Positions 59,146-64,000 of a stretch of DNA of 64,000 nucleotides are shown in pieces; position 1 is the stretch's first letter; each line of letters starts with the position of its first letter. The notes under the pieces are model-generated. The model had not been told where the DNA came from, searched no databases, and saw nothing but the letters and a program-made list of their open reading frames with translations. The DNA comes from Azolla caroliniana (lineage: Eukaryota > Plantae > Polypodiophyta): positions 1,302,001 to 1,366,000 of the forward strand of contig JBHGNT010000020.1 in assembly GCA_043228905.1 (NCBI GenBank), read 5' to 3'. Position numbers and translations under genes: made by a program.

Positions 59146-62100
59146 TTTTTTTTTGTTAAAGATTTTCGTCAGTAGTATTAAGAAAAAATGCCCGAAGGCT
59201 ACAACTTGAACTTGTCTGCCCAGAAGCTTACAACTTTTTATGTACAATGATGTACAATAATCCTAAGACCAAATATAGGACTTTGTAGTCCAGGTGTTGG
59301 AATTTGTTGATGTACACTACCATGATGTACTGATATTCAAGAAAGGGTCCATGGAAGACGATAGTGCCATTGAGGCCCTTGAGTTGACATTGTAAAGAGG
59401 GGCAACTTTTTCCATAAGTGAAGAAGCTTCGTCCTTCTCTTATTCACAGTCTCTAGGGAACCATGCATATTGTCATACTGGTGGTGGACTACTGCCATCA
59501 AGTTCTCCCATATTTCGAGCAGTACATTTGAGAGACGAAGATCTACCACATCATAAAGTCGATTACATCGACATTTCCATAATGTCCATAATGTCCATAA
59601 TGTGACCGTAATCACTGTTTTCCAAACCTAGACATATCGCACCTACTTTCAAGGTTGTTGAAAGGGACTACCTAATATCAATCTTTTAGTATGTACCATC
59701 ATTGCCATGCGAACATCGTTTGCCTCATACAACATCGAGCTAGAATGTAACACTCCCCACATCGTTGATCCCCATGAAAATAGGCAACCGATATTGATTT
59801 TTAAGAATAAAGAACGGACTTTATTCCATACTTGTCGAGCCAAGGGACAAGTACAAAGGACATGCTTGGTAGTCTCTTGAGCTATTGGCAAAAGCCACAT
59901 TGCCTAAGATTGGGCACTACATTCCCTTTTAATGAATGACCAACTGGTAATGCCATATGCACTAATAGCCATATGAAGAGAATAAAATTTAGTTGGCCCC
60001 TTAAATGACCAGATCCATCTCTAGTAGGTTTTCAAATGCAAAGTTGAGACACCCAAGTTAGTCCAATATTTCGGAGCTACTGGTACCGTTACATTCCGAG
60101 AGAGCAATAATGACCTTCCAAGTTTCATTGTGTATTGAAAGAAGGGAACCTTTATGGTCTGTTTCCCCAAGTAATGTGACCAAAACCAACCCCCCAGATC
60201 CCATATTAATCTTGCAACAAGGTCTTTTGCCTACAACCACAACACATCACACATGTGAAAAATGGAAGGATAAGGATCAAGCATCCATTTCTTTCCAGTT
60301 TTAGCAACCACTTTGATTGGTGCACTTCACAAATGTTGTAGATAAATGCAACCAAAGGTATAAGATTGCAAATTATTTGTTTGTTGTCCAGAACCTCAAA
60401 ATAAGAAGTGCACCCATTAGATGAAACATCCTTGACAACCAACAATGTGTCATTTATGAAGCATCCAAACCACATTTGTTCCTGCCTAGGTTGGAAGGTT
60501 GCAAAAAACGAAGAATATGCCATTGATATGCTAATAGTCATTATCTTGGCACCATGAACAGATTGTAAATGTGCACGACGATCTTCTTGTGGCATTTGCT
60601 GAAATTGAGTCCAATTTCTTATAGATGTAGCTGGCCCATTATCCAATTTACCCCAAGCAAGGCAAGTTCTTAGGCCCAACACTTTTCCTGCATTATCCCG
60701 AAATAGAGAATTGGCAAGAAGAGGCTAATTAAGTAATGCATCCCATGTAGAAGGCTTGTCCTTAAGCAAAAATGACTTAATCACATCCCATGCCCTTATG
60801 ATTCCTAGTAAAAATCTATTGGATGCAAGATCCCACCTTGGCGTTTGCACATGATTCAAGAACAACCACTTTAGAGAAGGTGACCAAACTCCTCCCATCT
60901 GAGGATTTAACTACATTAAATTATTTAGAATTATTCTTTTCTAGGCTTCTGATCCTGGCAACAATCCTATGAACACAAACTTAGTCAAGAGGGCTCTTGA
61001 CTGTATCAAAGGATCTATCAAACCCAACCCTCCATGGATTTTAGGTTGAATCAACACATTCCAAGAAACTTTGGCTACTGTTAGTGATCCATGTTCCTCC
61101 TCCCCCCCCTTGCAAAGGACAATTGTTGGGCATCCCTTTATGTTTTATTGATAATAGTAACGGAGATAACATTGCTTCTGGGCTCAAATCTATACCAACC
61201 ATACATCTCAAATACCGAACTGGTTCACCATGGTGAAACCATTAGAAAACAGGACCTAGATACCACGTAAGGTGAGTTTGTTCACTCACCCAAAGGCCTA
61301 CTGACTTATTCCAATTAAGTGCGGCACCTGTAGCATCTGAGAAAACTTGCAGATCATTTTGTACCTGGCCGAGATTACCAATCTCCCCGTCAACATAGAA
61401 GGCCGTGTCATCTGCAAACTCAAAGTCCAATATAGTAGACCGTGTAATAGGTAATGCTATGCCTTTTATACCAGCTAAAGAAGATGTTTTGTAGGAGGAC
61501 AAAGCTTTCCCAAACAAGATATCATTGCCTAACAAACCTAGAGATTGGAAATAGTGGCCCATATCCTTTAGCGAACAAAACTGAACTAGAAGCAAGCCTG
61601 TATAGGGCGGAAACACTTGTTATCCATGCAGCAGGGAAACCTAATCTTGATAACACTGCCTCAAGAAAATCCCAATCCACTTTATCATAAGCTTTCTCAA
61701 AGTCAAGCAATAATACTGCAAGTTGTTGTTTATTTTGCTCAGCTAATACAACCATTTCCTAGAACAAAAAGATATAATTATAAAAAATGCTTCTATCTTG
61801 TAGAAAACCAGATTGCGTGTCATGGATAATAGATGGAAACATAGATCGCAATCTAATAGCAATAGTTTGTGCCATAGTCTTATAAATGTCATTAAGCAAT
61901 GTTATTGGCCGCCACTTGGAGACTTCATCACACTGAGCATTCGACTAGGAATAATATATATGGTTCCTTTTGTCCATTCCGCAAGCATATTACCACTTGA
62001 GAATATTAAATTCACCGCTCTAGTAAGGAGATGACCAAGAAAATCCCAATAATGCAAATAGAAGCCAACACCTATTCCTTCTTTTCTTGTCCAAACATCC

Positions 62101-64000
62101 TCACCTAAGGATTTGGCTGTAGGAAAAACCTCTTGACATGTAAATGGTTCCAATAAATGAGATGCCATTATATATGTAACCTTCTGTTGAGCAATTGCAA
62201 GGACAAATTGTTTCTTGTAATTTAAGACTATCTGTTGTAAAAGATTTAGCAGACAATAGCCGATGATAATAATCCGAGACTATACATCACATCTCATAGT
62301 CATTTCATGTATAGGATCCATCAAGTAGCTTCAAAGATGTAATAGAAAGAGGTCTATTTCTTCACTTAAATTGATTGAAGAATTCCTTATTGACCCAATC
62401 TTGCCTTGCAACCAACGAGTAGCATTACGATAGTAAAAGAACATTGAGCGTGCCTCCTGTTTTTCTTTTAAACTTCTTTTTACTTGCTACAAATCACAAC
62501 GTAGCATAGATGTAGTTGGATACCTTTCCAACAGTTGTTGTAGTGCTACAAGAGCACAACGTAGGTTTGCAATTTCTGAATTGTAGTGATAAACAAACTC
62601 TGAAACTATTTTTGTGAAGAGAATCTTTGTATCAAGTATGACATGAACCATATTACCAAGTAAACAATCATTTGAGAAGTTGTAATTCGACCATAGCTTA
62701 GTGATTGACATCCGATGACTATCATAAGAATCTGATAACAATGAAGGAGGAATATGCAACTGCTTAGAATATCACCTCTTAGTAAATGTAACATTTAACT
62801 TCGAAGGGTCATTGTCAGAGATAGCTAAACCCGGGATAATTCCGAGGGATCCACCCGCATCCCAAAAAACACCACTAGCATAAAATCTATCTAGTGGAGA
62901 AAAATTTGCAGCAACCACACTACCATCTGATCTAGAAAACTGAAGGGATCCTTGTATATGTGAAAATGAATGCACCTTCCATAAATCAAGCAAACCAAAT
63001 GCAAAATAGAAGGAGTCCCAACACTTAGCTTCCTATCCTGAAATTGTGGTTGTTATACCTCCCACTCTATCGGTAACATCCTCAATCATATTAAAATTAC
63101 CTCCCACCAACCACCAATCCGCCAAACCCGTACCATAAACCTGCCCTCTCCGATGCAGAATTAGCGGCATAGAGATTCATGAGGCCAATCTTCTAGGATC
63201 CTATTTTTACAATAAGGAATTGTGCCCTCTTATTCGTAATAGTACCCGTTGACATGATAATAGACTGCAAATGTTGTCTAAGAGCAATGCATAATCCCGC
63301 CTGGCACCCATTGGGACCAAAGGCAAGAACCCAAAAATGAATCCACCGTCTTGGTAAAATGGGGTCATACTTCCAAATCCTATCCATGCATAGGTGATGC
63401 TCTTGCAGAAAAAGAATATCAATAATACCATATTAGAAGCGCCTAAATCTGATCGTAAAAGTCCTTTAAATCTGCGAAAAGCTTGAGCACCCAAGCTTTG
63501 CACATTCTAGGAAAGAAGATGTAAGGTGCCCATATTACACAGGTTTTAGCGATGTCCTTTTCTCAAGAAGAGCATCTTGGCAACCTTTCTGGGCACCCTC
63601 CTAAGCTCTCGCTTGCCTTCTTAAAAACAAATCCTTCCCTGCATTCTTATGCACCCTATGTTCCTTAACCTGCTTTTGAGAGGTCTGAATTGTCAAAGGA
63701 TCTTGTGAAACTGTGAATTGAAATCTAGCACAAGGGAAATTATCTACACCCTGAGCCATTTCAACACCAATAATATCTGGTTGACCAAAAAGAGGTTTTC
63801 CTTTGAGCTTATCGAAAGGAATCAAATTAACAAAGACATTGAACTATTGATTTGCATCAATTCCCATAATATTTGACGCATTTCCACAATCATAGTATCT
63901 TGTTGAGTAGAAGCAATCTTTCCTTTTAATTTATTAGAAGAAGTCAAATTAATAGACGTGATCAACTGTTGATTCTCAACAATTTTCAAGGGCGGCTGGC
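59146..64000 (-). mobile_element. L1-like LINE, degenerate (end of ORF1; ORF2 about 63533-59337 with endonuclease, RT and zinc finger); extends beyond the window
   Basis: NVQSLG, GGNFNM, LDRFY and SDNDP endonuclease motifs; LDFEKAYDKVDW and FADDT RT motifs; ETTKHVLCTCPLARQVW and LWKCRCN. T-run at 59146-59154 is a probable poly(A) tail. Confidence 0.9.

Overview
Eukaryotic land-plant DNA; the retroelement types point to a non-seed plant (fern, lycophyte or bryophyte), which is inference. One host gene is clear: an 8-exon, 742-aa CDK-like kinase of the PESVRFMARE / At1g54610 type on the minus strand (24000-28032). Most of the rest is nested transposable elements. The left nest (1-16272) holds a tRNA-Trp-primed Ty3, three Ty1/copia elements, solo LTRs and a chromovirus. 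A mosaic at 16273-22136 includes a DNA-transposase fragment. A pol-less Ty3 (32631-48067) hosts two very young full-length elements: a self-priming chromovirus (33415-39170) and a copia (41107-46577). A second chromovirus nest (49203-59010) and a degenerate L1-like LINE (59146-64000) close the window. Four signals stand out. (1) The pol-less Ty3 has a second, inverted tRNA-Arg primer site where its polypurine tract should be. (2) Two independent chromoviruses have an inverted R-U5 in the 5' LTR that matches minus-strand strong-stop cDNA and is joined to an internal deletion. (3) All chromovirus LTRs here start with an antisense tRNA-like A-box/B-box cassette. (4) The copia LTRs carry ENE-like U-rich internal-loop hairpins. 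All coordinates and comparisons were made by eye.
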